Assembly: GCA_951406725.2 (NCBI GenBank)
Contig: OX597815.1
Location: forward strand, 156,984,001 to 157,048,000
From: Octopus vulgaris
Lineage: Eukaryota
Direction: 5' to 3'
DNA length: 64,000 nucleotides
The translations under genes were made by a program, and so were the position numbers. The first letter of the stretch is position 1; each line of letters begins with the position of its first letter. Shown here one piece after another: positions 12,503 through 25,641 of the stretch. A model generated the notes under the pieces. That model searched no databases. It was given only the letters and a program-made list of their open reading frames with translations, and was not told where the DNA came from.

Positions 12503-12710
12503 TAATCCAAACATGAAAACACAAAGAGAAAACACAACAACGCGAGGACGTGGAACTAGTATAGTGTTATTGGACACTCAGGAAATGAAAGAAAGAAGGC
12601 GGATTTAACGTTTCGAGCGGAGCTCTTCGCCAGAAACATAGGAAAAGGAAAGATCCAAGGAAGGGAAGACGGAGGAAATAATCGCTAACGGTACACACGC
12701 GGTCAAATTA
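12500..12710 (-). mobile_element. Penelope-derived short repeat with minimal hammerhead-like motif
   Basis: Minus strand 12601-12640: ctggcgaa-gagc-tcc-gctc-gaaac-gtt; decayed relative at 29405-29490 (+). Confidence 0.6.
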
Positions 12711-13074
12711 TATATATATAATACTTAATCATATCAAAGGGAAATGGAAATGGAAATTAATTAAAATTTCCATTTCCAGTGGCCTAACGTGTAAAAGTCT
12801 AGTCCAAAGATTATGTATTAGTCATAAAATACAGTGTACATTTAAACACATGGGGAATCCATTTGTGGGATTCAACACGCTAGAAAGAACAGCTATGTTT
12901 CATAACTACAATATTAGGGCTAAAATTCGACAGGAACGAAATGAAAAAATATGATCATTTTACCATCTAGTTTCCTGGACCAATTGGTTTCTGATTTTAG
13001 TTTAGCAAGTAAAATAACATATACTCGCTAGGTGAAATCGTCCTCAGCAGGAACACCTTGGATTAAATATATAA

Positions 13075-13112
<38 letters not shown>

Positions 13113-13679
13113 GTTCCTCTGTATATATAAGTGCATATATTTAAGTCGCTTTTCCAACCTCTTCGGTCAATAAGTAGAAACGAGTCACTTTTGAAACAGC
13201 TAAAAATCTTTAATAAAAATATAATTTGTAAAATTTATAAAATAACAACGAGATTCTAAATATTAATTACTTTAGATTAGTTTATTATCATGAAATTTAT
13301 TTGCATTAATATTTATAAGCCAATTAATTTGTAATGAAGCACTTTTAAATAAAAATTTAGAATAAATATTTTTTTAAAACCTATTCTTATAGTTGACCTG
13401 TTTTCTACCAATAATGTAATAAAGTCCATAAAACTATCTGTGTACATTAATTGCACATTTATTCATTATTCATCTATTTCACAAAAACAAAAAAATGTTT
13501 GTGAGTTAAATAAGACAAACATTTATAATTATATGTTAATTTTGTGATATACCACACGAAACAAAATACATCTATTGACACCTAGAAAATTAATATCTTC
13601 CAAGAAACAAAATAGCTTTTGCAAAATAATAAAATATATTATCTACCTTTTTGCTGTATTTATTCAGTGAAATTCTTGC

Positions 13680-14650
13680 GGCTGATGCCGTTTCAGATAT
13701 CAGAATTCATAGTTGTTTGAGATGAAAATTATTTCTACTTAAAATTGTAAACGATTGCGAACTTTTGAAATTAATAAAGACACCCGGCTATACCCTATCT
13801 CAACTAGGTAAGAAGTAGAAAATATAATGAAATATAAATTTACTTTCTACCAAAGCAATGGGAATTTCATAGAAATTTCATTACCAATCCATAAGTTATG
13901 GAGCCTATGATTAAATGTAGTTTGAAAAGTTTCACGTCTCTACAACTCAATAATACTCCGGCTTCATGACAACATACGCTGTAGTTATTCCAAATGATTC
14001 TCCCAATCAACTTGAAATGTTTATTCCCAGATCTTTGAAAATAATTTCCATATCATTGCGCAGTTTTTTTAAGTGCTCAGTACAGACTAAAAGATGATCC
14101 TCCTCAATAGTGACAAGCATTTGCAAATGTATCACCTCCTTGCGCTTAATATTTATTCTAAATAGATAGATCTAGTTTCCCAAAGAAAGCACTAGTAGCC
14201 TCTTTGAAAATTAAAATATTTATATTTTTATTTTGAAGCTGTTTGTTCAAGAAAGTTAGCTTCGTAAATACTGCTAAACGGCAGAGAATGTCACATTTGG
14301 CAGCAAGAATTTTTCGCTAAGCTGCTCGTTATTCGGAATTATTACATTGTCTTGATGTTCAACGAAGCAGCACAAGCAATAACTCAGAGATTTTCATGTG
14401 GTGTATGAAATTCAAAGCAGCAATATAAAATTTGATTCATACAAGACTTCCCAAAGTCAATTTGACACTTTATTCATCAATGATAAATCATTTTCAAAGT
14501 GTCAAATGAATCATTCTTTTACAGCCATGACAGAACTTAAGATGTAGAGAATATATCGGTTGTATGATTTTCTTGTGCGTAAATTTTATAGAATTACAGA
14601 CAGCGATAAGAAATCTTGAACAGAAAAAGTGATCGACTCTGCGACCCTTC
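13680..14650 (-). pseudogene. hAT (Buster/ZBED5-8-like) transposase pseudogene
   Basis: Manual minus-strand translation gives LTFLNKQLQ, EDHLLVCTEHLKKLRNDMEIIFKDL and FSTSYLVEIGYSRVSLLISKVRNRL (hAT C-terminal dimerisation motif); many stops. Confidence 0.7.
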
Positions 14651-14669
14651 TTAATTTCCAATTTTTTTT

Positions 14670-15930
14670 CATTAGCTCTCCTGAACTTTGCCATGGCTTT
14701 TCCTCCTGCATTTTTAATTTCTGACTTCTAATTCTCCCTTGCCTTTCATCCCCCTGAGGTCGATAAAATAAGTACCAGTTTAGCACTGGAGATGGTATGA
14801 TTGACCTACCGACTCTCATCAAAAATGTTGACTTTGTGCTAAAATTTGAACGAATTATTTTATGTCATTTAGTGGGGATGGAATTGACAAAAATCGTTAA
14901 ATGTTTAAACAAAAATAGCTACAGTATTTGGTTACGAACGTTCTGCATTCAAATCCTTTTGTTGTTAGTATTGCCTTTCATCTTTTCAGAGTAGATGAAT
15001 TAGAGTTCCAATTAGGTAATGGGTTGCTGTAATCGATTACATCCCTCCTTCGAAATTGATGGCCCTTTGTGTGACATGTAAGGTTATTTGATATTATAGG
15101 TTTCAAATTTTGGTACAAGGCCAACAATTTTGGGGAAAGGAGGATAGTCTACTACGCCAAACTAAGTGCTTAACTGATACTTATTTTATCGAGCCCGAAT
15201 GGTTGAAAAACAAAGTCGACTTCGACGGAATTTGAACTCAGAACATAAACATGGACGAAATGCCGCTAAGCATTTTGCCCGGCGTGCTAACGATTCTGCC
15301 AGCTCGCCGCCTTATTTTTTGATGATATTGATTGCATGGTTTCTGAGTTTTATAAAAAGCAACTAATTTCGGGTGTAAGTACACAGTGATCCATTTTAGT
15401 TTGGCACTTTTGTTATCTACTCCAGACGGATGTAAGACAATATAGGCTTCACCAGGTTTTGAAAGTAAATTGTTATCATTAAATATCTCAAAACATTTTA
15501 CGTTACTAACTCTGCCAGTCGCCTTGAAAATAATAATGATTGCATCTGATATAGGTACATTAAAAAATATGGGGAGATTTTTGACCGATGTAGTTGACAT
15601 TCATACTTGAATGGCATTTTATTTACTGTCCTCGAAACAATGACAGTTGAAGCTGAGATCGGAGGAATTTGAACTCAGAACATAGAGCCGGAAGAAATTG
15701 CGCTAGGCATTTTGTCTGATACTCTAACAATTCTGATTGCTGGTCAACTTTCTGAATAATTCTCTCAATTTCGAGGAGAGGAACAAGCCGATTATATCGG
15801 CCACAGTTTTCGACTGGTACTTTATTTTATCGACCATAGAAGGATGAAAAGTAAAGTTCAGAACATAATGAGCAAGAAGTTCCAGTGGGATTTTCTCCTA
15901 CGTGCTAACGATTATGGCTGCGTGTCACCT
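14670..15930. mobile_element. Cluster of older SINE family B copies in both orientations
   Basis: Core motif gcctttcatc...cgataaaataagtaccag (+) at ~14740; minus copies at ~15100-15313 and ~15600-15930. Confidence 0.7.
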
Positions 15931-15949
15931 TCATTAACAATAATAACTG

Positions 15950-16314
15950 TTGGCACACTGTCGGTTACGCCGACGAAAGTTCCAGTTGATCCGATGAACG
16001 GAACAGCCTGCTCGTGAAATTAACGTGCAAGTGGCTGAGCACTCCACAGACACGTGTACCCTTAACGTAGTTCTCGGGAAGATTCAGCGTGACACAGAGT
16101 GTGACAAGGCTGGCCCTTTGAAATACAGGTACAACAGAAACAGGAAGAAAGAGTGAGAGAAAGTTGTGGTGAAAGAATACAGCAGAGTTCACCCCCACCC
16201 CTGCCGGTGTCTCGTGGAGCTTTAGGTGTTTTCGCTCAATAAACACTCAAAACGCCCGGTCTGGGAATCGAAACCGCGAGGCCGCTGCCCTAACCACTGG
16301 GCCATTGCGCCTCC
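15950..16314 (-). mobile_element. tRNA-derived SINE family C
   Basis: Minus-strand head ggaggcgcaatggcccagtggttagggcagcgg...ggtttcgattcccagaccggg with A and B boxes; embedded in AAT/AAC repeats. Confidence 0.7.
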
Positions 16315-16361
16315 AACAATAATAATAATAGTGATGATAATAATAACAACAACACCACCAC

Positions 16362-16392
<31 letters not shown>

Positions 16393-16401
16393 AATAATAA
16401 C

Positions 16402-16431
<30 letters not shown>

Positions 16432-16435
<4 letters not shown>

Positions 16436-16989
16436 GCCCTGATGCAGTACCAGACAGTACCTCACATGGCTTCTGATATTAACTGATTGGCAATGTTATC
16501 ATGTACATTGTTTTGTCTTGGTATAAAAGATGGGCTACAGCAAATAATCTGCTCAATACCACAGATTTACTTGTCAGTTGTTTGAACTTAACCAGTTGAG
16601 CATGTCCCTTAGTGGCTGACGATATGTGCATCTCTAATCAGGAGCAGAAGTAGCGGGGGAGCATCATAGCCATGTGTTGAGAGGGATTCTTTGGGGTTTG
16701 AATAATTCACCTCTGGAAGCATGGGTGTTTCGTTCAACATCCTTAAACAACCCTTATTCAGGGACCTTTAGAGCGAGATGGGCTACTCGACCAGAAGAAA
16801 ATTCTAACTGGGTCCCACCTGCAAGGTCATGCGCTGTTTATCTTGATATGAGATCACCATGTCGTGCACATATGGTTATGATGCATATGCCTGGTATACA
16901 CTTATCAGATGGGTAGTCATGATGGGTACACTAGACTTCATATATTTTATCCCAGTATCACTTTGATGGCAGGCACTGCTCTCTCACTC

Positions 16990-16990
<1 letters not shown>
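16432..16990 (+). mobile_element. Non-coding ~560-bp retroposon within (AAT)n, copy 1
   Basis: Flanked both sides by (AAT)n; homologous copy at 19378-19890. Confidence 0.7.
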
Positions 16991-17036
<46 letters not shown>

Positions 17037-17039
17037 CCA

Positions 17040-18603
17040 CTTCTCCACGTGCCGAACCGCAAGGCCACCGACTACCTCTGGTTATTGTTTCATTTTACAA
17101 TTTCCAAAATTCCTGACTCTATTACCGTAACGTTGTCCCATAAGATGACACGAATCTTCTGAAGCCAAGTCCACGCAAGATACCCCTCGAAATATCCAGC
17201 AGCACTGCCACATTTTGGCTCACAAGAGAGATTTTTTTTCGTTTTGCTGCCATTTGCAGTAGACATCTGTCAAAAGATCACCGAACAAGTCTGGCATATA
17301 AAGATAAATGTTGAAGGGCAAACCATCTAGCCTCAGGGACTTTTTTACATCAATTTATTGCATCACGTATGTCTTCGGATGTTATCAGTATTTCATAGAA
17401 CTGCGCATCCCCGATTCTAGGTCGCAGGAAGCCGTCAACCTAGTTGGCAAAATCCACCCCGTCTCCAACCCACCGTATGCCTTGTACAGATTCCGTACAC
17501 ATGTTTTTTATTAGAGTAGCAAGAGCCCAACTTAACCCGTCAAAGAATGAATTGTGACTTCGTTGCCATATGTGTTAGAGCATGTGCCCTAGCTTTGACA
17601 ACGTATCCTTTGCACTTTGCATTAAAAAATCAATCAGGAGCCAAATTCGCTGCCAGTGTGTCAGTCGCTATACATTTTCTATGTGCCCCATCGAGCTTCC
17701 TAGCTAGGTCTTCTTCCATTCTAGTCTTTACCGCTATTTCATTACTAAACATTAACGCCTCTACCTTAATAGCCTTATCAGAACTGACCACCCTCGGTTG
17801 TTGACGATTGCACCTGTCAACTTTGATGAACTAACTTGCTAACACGATCTCTGAAAGCTTGGTGCCCCGGGAACGATGCGTTCAGGGTCCAGTATCCGGG
17901 GCCCTGCGTATGGATTCTATCTAGGTCGACCGTACAGGTCACAAATTTGTGGTCTATCTAGCCAGTTCTTTGAATTATGGACTACTTATGCTATTTGCAT
18001 CTACAGGCCTACAGAGTATTCTATCTAGATACGATCTGGATGGGCCGGTGCTGTTTGTCCATGTCCACATTCGCGGATTCGGGAATTACACTCGGTGCCT
18101 GTTTGCCAGTTGGAAGTGACTGACCAGGTTTGTGAGGTTGTTACAATAACCTTTCCTATCAACTAGTCCCGCACAATCGGGGCGTGCAGCCAAGAGGACA
18201 TTCCAGCACTAATGAGCTACACTTCCGAAGGAAACTGTCAAACGTCGGAAGAAATCCGACAGCCTCATCTCAATTGGATCCTAAACAGCGACTAGCCTTT
18301 GCTGTGGTATACACACAGGACCACCAAGTTACCATCCGTGTCCAGGTAAATCGTCCGTATCTCGAGATCTAAACCTTTCCTAAACAGCACTGCCACTCTG
18401 CCTCCCATTCCAGGTCGACACTGAGATTCACAGATCTCAAAGTTCTCAAAAATGTGCGCTAGCCTACGTTTGTCAGAAATCCTTGCGTCGCTGGTGGCTA
18501 TTAATTCCAAACTTAGCAACCTGAGGCCATGGGGCAGGTAGCATTTGCTTCTAGGGCGATTCCGACCACATGCATCTATGCCAACCGCTTTTAAACCAGC
18601 CAT
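17040..18603 (-). pseudogene. L1/Tx1-clade ORF2 fragment (APE endonuclease + linker), degraded
   Basis: MAGLKAVGIDACG...LIATSDAR...GGRVAVLFRKGLDLEIRTIYLDTDGNLVVL; downstream minus-strand SYLDR and DHKFV motifs; stops and frameshifts. Confidence 0.75.
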
Positions 18604-18729
18604 GTTGGCTAAAATGTAAAGAGAAAAGGAAATGGGTCAATTACTGACTCTTACGTTCGAACTGTGAAATTCGTTGGAGAAAACCTACCTTAATACTTTT
18701 TATGTCTCCAAATCCAGTGTTATTATTTT

Positions 18730-19333
18730 CAAGATATGTGGCACTTTCAATATGTGGTGAGAGAGTTGAAACAGTATGGTACATCTTTGGCGAATGACCG
18801 AAATTGGTATAACTTAATTATGAAAGACGACATGACAATGTAGCAAGAATGATCCATTGAGAGCTCTGTAGAAATCACGGCCTACAAGGAGCAAAGACGT
18901 GGAATGAGCAAGCCCCGAAACGAGTCACATAGAAAGACGATTGCAAAATCCTATGAGATCCAATGATTCAGTGCGATCCCCCGACATGACATCAGAAACA
19001 GCACATTGTTGTGGTGAATAAACAAGAAAGAACTTGCATGATAATTGACATAGCATATCTCGGTGATAACAGGTTTAAAGAGAAAGAAGAAAAACTGAAC
19101 AACTACGACGATTTAAAGTGGGAGATACGAAGATTGTGGTCAATGATGAGAGTAGACGTGATACCAATAGCAATTTGCGCACTCGGAAATATTAGTATGC
19201 AACTACCAACATTGCTCAAAAAGATTGGTACAAATATAAAGATGAAACACCTACAAAAATCAGCATTGCTTGGAACTGCAAGAATTCTTCGCAAGGTTCT
19301 TGAAGCATGACCAGTAGTGTGAGCTTTTCATCA

Positions 19334-19335
<2 letters not shown>
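18730..19335 (+). pseudogene. R4/Dong-clade non-LTR retrotransposon 3' fragment (restriction-like endonuclease)
   Basis: RHDNVAR, CMIIDIAYLGD...EKLNNYDDL..EIRRLW...VIPIAICALG...LQKSALLGTARILRKVL; followed by (TAA)n. Confidence 0.8.
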
Positions 19336-19377
<42 letters not shown>

Positions 19378-19378
<1 letters not shown>

Positions 19379-19890
19379 CTTAACTGATTGGAAGTGTTAT
19401 CATGTACATTGTTTTGTCTTGGTATAAAAGATGGGCTACAGCAAATATTCCGCTCAATACCACAGATTTGCTTGTCAGTTGTTTGACCTTAACTAGTTGA
19501 GCATGTCCCTTAGTGGCTGACGATATGTGCATCTCTAATCATGAGCAGAGATAGTGGGGGAGCATCATAGCAATGTGTTGAAAGGCATTCTTGGAGGTTT
19601 GGATAATTCACCTATGGAAACATGTATGGTTCGTTCAACATCCTTAAACAATCCTTATTCAGGGACCTTTTGAGCGGGATAGGCTACTCAACCAGAAGAA
19701 AATTCTAACTGGGCCCCACCTGCAAGGTCATGCGCTGTTTATCTTGATATGAGATCACCACGTCGCGCACACATGGTTGTGATGAATGTGCCTGGTGTAC
19801 ACTTATCAGACATGTAGTCATGATGGGTATACTGGGTTTCGTATATTTTACCCCAGTGTCACTTTGATTTCATGTACTGCTCTCTCACTC
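19378..19890 (+). mobile_element. Non-coding retroposon within (AAT)n, copy 2 (5'-truncated)
   Basis: High similarity to 16480-16990. Confidence 0.7.
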
Positions 19891-19964
19891 CTCCTCCTCA
19901 ACAACAACAACAATAATAATAATGATATAAATAACAATGATGTAATAATAATAATAATGATATA

Positions 19965-20376
19965 AACGTATCTGAGCAAATATAAAGATCTGGAAATAGA
20001 AATCAGCAAAATGTGGAACCTGAAGACTAAAACAATACCTATTGTCATTGGGGCCCTGGGAATGATAGCAAAAGGGGCTGATTGCTACCTAACTCAGATA
20101 CCAGGAAACCCAAAAATGGCAGAAATTCAAAAGATAGTGCTCATGGGAACTGCTCACATCCTACGCAAAATACTTTCTATATAATCTCAAGTTTTAAAAC
20201 AAACATAATTTTCGTATGGTTTTTTTAGGCATTCACTAGTACAACACTAAGTACAAAACCAAATACTAGGCACCCTAGGCATAACACCAACACGAACTTC
20301 CAACTTGTTGTCTCTTGAGGTGTCTGGGTGAAACTTGGAGCCAGCTTGTGCAAATGTAAAGCAAAAGTCAAACATA

Positions 20377-20378
<2 letters not shown>
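19965..20378 (+). pseudogene. Second R4/Dong-clade 3' fragment with 3' UTR and (TAA)n tail
   Basis: 19981-20184 translates YKDLEIEISKMWNLKTKTIPIVIGALGMIAKG...IQKIVLMGTAHILRKILSI*; flanked by TAA repeats. Confidence 0.8.
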
Positions 20379-20446
<68 letters not shown>

Positions 20447-20471
20447 AACAATAATAATAATAATAATGACG

Positions 20472-20518
<47 letters not shown>

Positions 20519-21709
20519 TGGTACTTATTTTATCTACCTCCGAAAAGATAAAAAGCAAACTGAACCTCGGCGAAATTTGAACTCAGTATAATAGCCCTGT
20601 ATACTGGTAGGAAGAATACATATAACATTATACATGAAGAACGTGTGATTAATATCATCCAATTAAGTAGAAAAAATCCATTGTAATTCTTTATATCACT
20701 TATCGACTCGGTATGTGACTGACAGACAAATGCAAAATTTTGATTTATATAGCATTCTGAATTGTAAAGGAAACTGAAAGTGAATCTATTCAAGTCAGGT
20801 GGTCAAGATAGAACGAAACATGGAACTTTCTACAGAGGACGATGTTGGGGACAGACAAACACTAATTTACTTGAAGATGAGATTAAACAATATTGCAGTT
20901 AATCACGGCAGAAAATGAAAACATTCCTATCAATTATGGCATTAACTTAAGAACGAAGTAGTTAACTATGCCAACTACTCCAACGACAGCAATAGGCGCT
21001 ATAACGACTACCACAGCAGTAAGAAGTGTGACGTTATTATGAGTAGCATCAGTAACGGTGGTAGAAGCAACGACAATAGCTCAGTCACATATATTAATAA
21101 CATGTTTAGTACCTGTCGATATAGAAATAGCAGTAGCAACCCAAAACACACACGATAGTGTTTGTACAACCAGGAGCAGTAACAGAAGCTGCAAAGCCAT
21201 GGACTCTCATAACAACATCAGTGCCATTTGTAATAACAAATGCGGTAAGAGAGGCAACGATAATATTCCGAACATAACTATATGGATTACCGTACTTTTC
21301 AGTTCTTTAGATTGTTTTAGATGTTACGAGTTAATTCCAAGCTGAAATACCGTCGGATAATGGGAGATTTTTGACATATGCATAAGCGAAAATAAAAAAC
21401 AAGTATTGCGTATATGACCAGAAAAAGTGGATCCCAAATCCTCATGAGTTACTCAAGAAAAGAGAAGACCGATGTCTTGTGTTGGTTTGTTTGTTTTTAG
21501 ATCGATTCCTTGGCTTACCACATGAACAGACAGGTTTATGTGACATTACAATACTACTCACGCACAAATATTGAATTTGCAGTGGTAAGATCGGATGCTG
21601 AAAAAGCAACTTCAGTTCTCTACACCTACTTACGGGACATGATTATTCTACAAGTGCAGGATTTCACATTCTGCCAGTTTCTGATTATCAAGACTCAGGT
21701 TATAACAAG

Positions 21710-21749
<40 letters not shown>

Positions 21750-21909
21750 TCTACCCATCATTCATGAAGAGTTAAATGAATGAATACATGTAGAATTTGG
21801 TTAAATTTAAGAAGAACCACAAACTTGCCAATGTCCTTCGTAAGGCTTGGGTTTACGAGAGGCTGTAGTGATAGATATTTGCTTCAGATAAAAAGCAGGA
21901 AGCATATCC

Positions 21910-22140
21910 GGTAAGTTCACCGTCATCAACTCACCACAGTAAAAATTCGCCGTCATCAATACACCGTTTGTTTTTGTTTTTTTGCTTTGTTTTGTTCTGT
22001 TTCCTTTTTCTTTTAGTAAAATAGTTGTTTAAATATCAATGGTGAGATACTATGGATGTATTTTCTTGGTAAACTTTCCTCACGGTGAATTGATGGCAGT
22101 GATATTTCCCTGCGATGAATTGGTGGCAGTGAACTTATCT
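21910..22140. mobile_element. MITE with ~58-bp imperfect TIRs
   Basis: ggtaagttcaccgtcatcaactcaccacag...caccgt vs acggtgaattgatggcag...gcagtgaacttatc. Confidence 0.65.
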
Positions 22141-22684
22141 GTAATCAACAATGAGATCTGACCCAAGACCTCGTGGCTGAAACAGTAACTTCTTAAGGAC
22201 TCAGTCAGGCATGCGTACACACGCGCACACGTAATAATGTGTCTTCGTATTAATTTGTGCCTGATATAAACGTTTAAACGTCATGTGCTTTCACGATTAC
22301 GGCATAAGATGAAAAATGCCAGTCGATGGCGGAAACTATTACACCAATGTAACCAGCCACTCCTTGCCATCATATTAAGCAGAAGTAAATATAGTGCGGG
22401 ATTAATTGCGATCGTTTAACGTCATTTGTACAACACATACATCGTTGATATTTTTTATGGCATTTTGACCTCCAACGAAGAAGACATCCTCAGACCAGTT
22501 TCACACCAGAAACTTCCATACTGACTGAAATGGTACCAGGATATATGTGATATATATATATATATATGGTAAAGATTTTAAGTCCATTCATAATATCTAC
22601 AGCGTAAAATGGAAAAAGTGAACCGAGTCGCTTGCTGAAATTAAACCACGAATTCCCAATTAATTTGAATTACGTATCTCTCTA

Positions 22685-22745
<61 letters not shown>

Positions 22746-23424
22746 CTCTCTTTCACACATACTCACACACATGTAAACAAATACATACACATAATGAGAT
22801 ATGAGTTATTTCAGGAGCGTGTAAGAGGTGGTAAGAAGAAACGGTTGGCAGACTTTTGGTTACATATATAGATATACTCACATTAGGCTTATTGATACTG
22901 TAAGACTGAAGAATCTTGAGAAAATTGTTTATTTCTATTGTGAATGCAATTTGCCATTGCTTTGTTAGCTGGTAGATTTTCCAGTAACAAAAAGGCACGT
23001 TTCATGAGAATATCTTCAATACACAGAGAAGATATTTTAATTAATTCGAGATTTAAAGAAGCTGTAAACAGTATGTTTACATACTTGCAGCAGAGGTAGA
23101 AGATGATGGAGGAAGATTAGTCTATAATGAGAGAAATTATCTTTCACTATTGGATTGAGTAACAATGAAAGCAATATATTAAACAAAACAACATCAGTGA
23201 CTGTAAAACAAATAGAAGAGGGAATAGAACTACATCCACTGCGGCGAAGGCGATGCCGACAAAAAGACAGCGTATACGGCAGCAAGAGCAATAATAATAG
23301 CATAGAAAAGAATAACAAAATCAAAAAGAATGAGCATCACACCCAACAGCGCCAGAAATTGTTGTTAAAAGACAATTACAACTCCAAAACTGAAAACTAT
23401 AAGAGGTTAAATATATTCTTTACT

Positions 23425-23617
23425 GCTCTAGGCACAAGGTCCGAAATGTTGAGGAAGGGAGCCAGTCGATTAAATCAACACCAATACGCAACTGGTACTT
23501 AATTTATCGACTCCGAAAAGGATGAAAGGCAAAGTTGACCTCGGTGAAATGTGAACACAGAACATAAAAACAGAAAAAATACCGCTAAGCATTTCGCCCG
23601 GCGTGCTAACGTTTCTG
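23425..23617 (-). mobile_element. SINE family B host copy (body); its 5' head remnant resumes at 27290-27316
   Basis: actggtacttaatttatcgac...gcatttcgcccggcgtgctaacgtttctg, continuing after the inserts as ctacctcgccgc (cf. intact ggcgtgctaacgattctgccagctcgccgcc at ~15280-15312). Confidence 0.85.
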
Positions 23618-25622
23618 ATTTCTTTATTACCCACAAGGGGCCAACATAGAGGGGGACAGAACAACCGGGGAACTTAAAATAATAAAAGCGAATGAAAAAA
23701 GACGAAGAAAATAAAGATAATAATGAGTTATGAAAAGATATTTACAATGAGGTGTAATGCCCACTCGATCCCTGAAATCGAGTGGTTATATTTTCGTCAG
23801 TTTTTTTCCACAGAATTTCACAATTTTACCGAATACATTTTCAAAATACATTTCACAAAATTTCAACAAATATTTTACAGAATTTCAAAGTAATTTTCTC
23901 AATATTTCAAAATACATTTTCCAAATACATTTCGCATAATTTCAAAAATACATTTCACAAAATTTCAACAAACATTTTACAGAATTTCACAATACATTTT
24001 TACAGAAATTCGAAATACCTTTTCACAGAATTGCTAATAGGGTTTTCCTTTAACACAATTTTAGAAAAATTCCAAATCTTGCACAATATCATCGTAACGC
24101 TCTATTGAACGTGGCTGCCTTGCCAATCGGCAAAACGCGTGTTCTAACACGTTCTCTCCGGCGGCCTCAACGAACCCATTGACACTGTCCTCATGAATTA
24201 GAACACTCCACTCGGTATCCATTTTAACTCATGTATGTCCTTTTGTTCTGTTTATTAATTCTTTCATTTCAGGGCAGCTCCTGAATTGCGCTAACATTCC
24301 ATAAAATCTGCGTTGACTATTCGAACCTGTGTTTTCTTTTGTCTTCCTTTTCAGACTTATTTCTTCTTTATTCTCCTCTCTTGATTTCTCTCTTTCTCTC
24401 TTCTTGCTTTCCTTCTTTTCTTTCTCTTGTCTTTTTAGTTCTCTGTCTGTTGTCTCTCTAACTTGTGTCTTTTCTGTTGTTTCTTTTTCCTTCTGTGTAC
24501 TACCTTTTTCTTTCTCTTGTCTCTGTTCTTTCTTTGGTTCGTTTTCGATTGTTTCTCTACCTTGTGTTTTTCGTTCCTTTCCTGTTGATTCTTTTTCGTT
24601 TTCCTTCAGTGTACTGCCTTTTCCTTTCTCTTGTCGTTTACCTGTTGTTTCTTTTTCCTTGAGTGCACTATTCTTTCCATCTTCCTGTTCTTTTTCCTTC
24701 TCTCTCTTTTCCTCTTCTATTGTCTCATTTCGTTCCATTTCTTTCTCCACTGTAAACCCATATAGAGGACATTCTTTTCTTATATGGCCCCTAGTTCCGC
24801 TCAAGTAACAGTTAGGTTTTCTCCCCTCGACGATTACGCTAAGAGTCTTTTCGTTTTCAATCTCAATTCTGAAGGGAAACCTTTCAATATCTTCTGTTGT
24901 GGCCATCGGCCATAAATCTACCCCGTATCCTTTCCAGTTCACTACGTTTGACTCCTTAATTGATCCAATTTCTACTTCTTCTTCTGCTGACCCTAGAATG
25001 GCTGCTGCCAGCCATTCTGTCTTTACTTCAGGGGGTACATTCGGGATTCTGACTCGAACCCCTCTTCTTCCTTTATATGAAGGCCACATCGTGAATTTTT
25101 CGGTTCTTAGTACGGTGGTAGCCAGCGATCTGCAACTTCCTCAGTTGTACACCTCACCTCCACCGTACCAAATTTCTTGCCTCTGCTCACAAAAGTAATT
25201 TTCTCCATTATGTCTCCCAGACATTTCTCAATTTCGTCTATAGCTATTCTTGCTAGCTTCCTTGTACTCCTATCTTGGGTTTTGTAGGTCACTGTCTTGT
25301 TTTCCTTGTCCTCTTTTGTTTTCGTGGGGGGGGGGATTAGCATCACGCTGTCACCCTCCCTTTTGAAAAGTTTCTCATATTCTTTAAGTTTTTCCTTCTC
25401 AAAGAATACTTCTCTTACAGTAAGTGACGAATCACTCTTCTTTGTAGCGACCCCCGCGTAAGTCTCCCTGACTGGGGGTCGACGCTTCTTCTATAAAAAG
25501 TAACGACAAAGTTCCTTCTATAAAGCAACGGCACTCCTCGCACGATTTGATCCCGTTACGTCTTTTTCACAATTTTTCACTTTTTTCCATCCTTCCGAAC
25601 AAAAATCAACGTCCGCCTCTGA
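23618..25622 (-). mobile_element. ORF1-only non-autonomous non-LTR retroelement 1 (Tx1-like), ~2.0 kb, with 19-bp TSD
   Basis: TSD cggcgtgct(a/g)acgtttctg at 23599-23617 and 25623-25641; 3' end ccccttgtgggtaataaagaaat; no RT or endonuclease inside. Confidence 0.8.
24229..25490 (-). pseudogene. gag/ORF1-like CCHC zinc-knuckle protein, frameshifted
   Basis: ETYAGVA...FVSRGKKFGTVEV (upstream frame) then VRVRIPNVPPEVKTEWLAAAI...VEGRKPNCYLSGTRGHIRKEC (knuckle C->S); homologous to the 25975-27102 protein. Confidence 0.75.
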
Positions 25623-25641
25623 CGGCGTGCTGACGTTTCTG

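Noticed and set aside
15238-15600. 120-aa minus-strand ORF
   Set aside because: Runs into SINE sequence and has no recognisable domain
20247-20591. Poly-Y/poly-I ORFs (also 16226-16486)
   Set aside because: (AAT)n microsatellite translations
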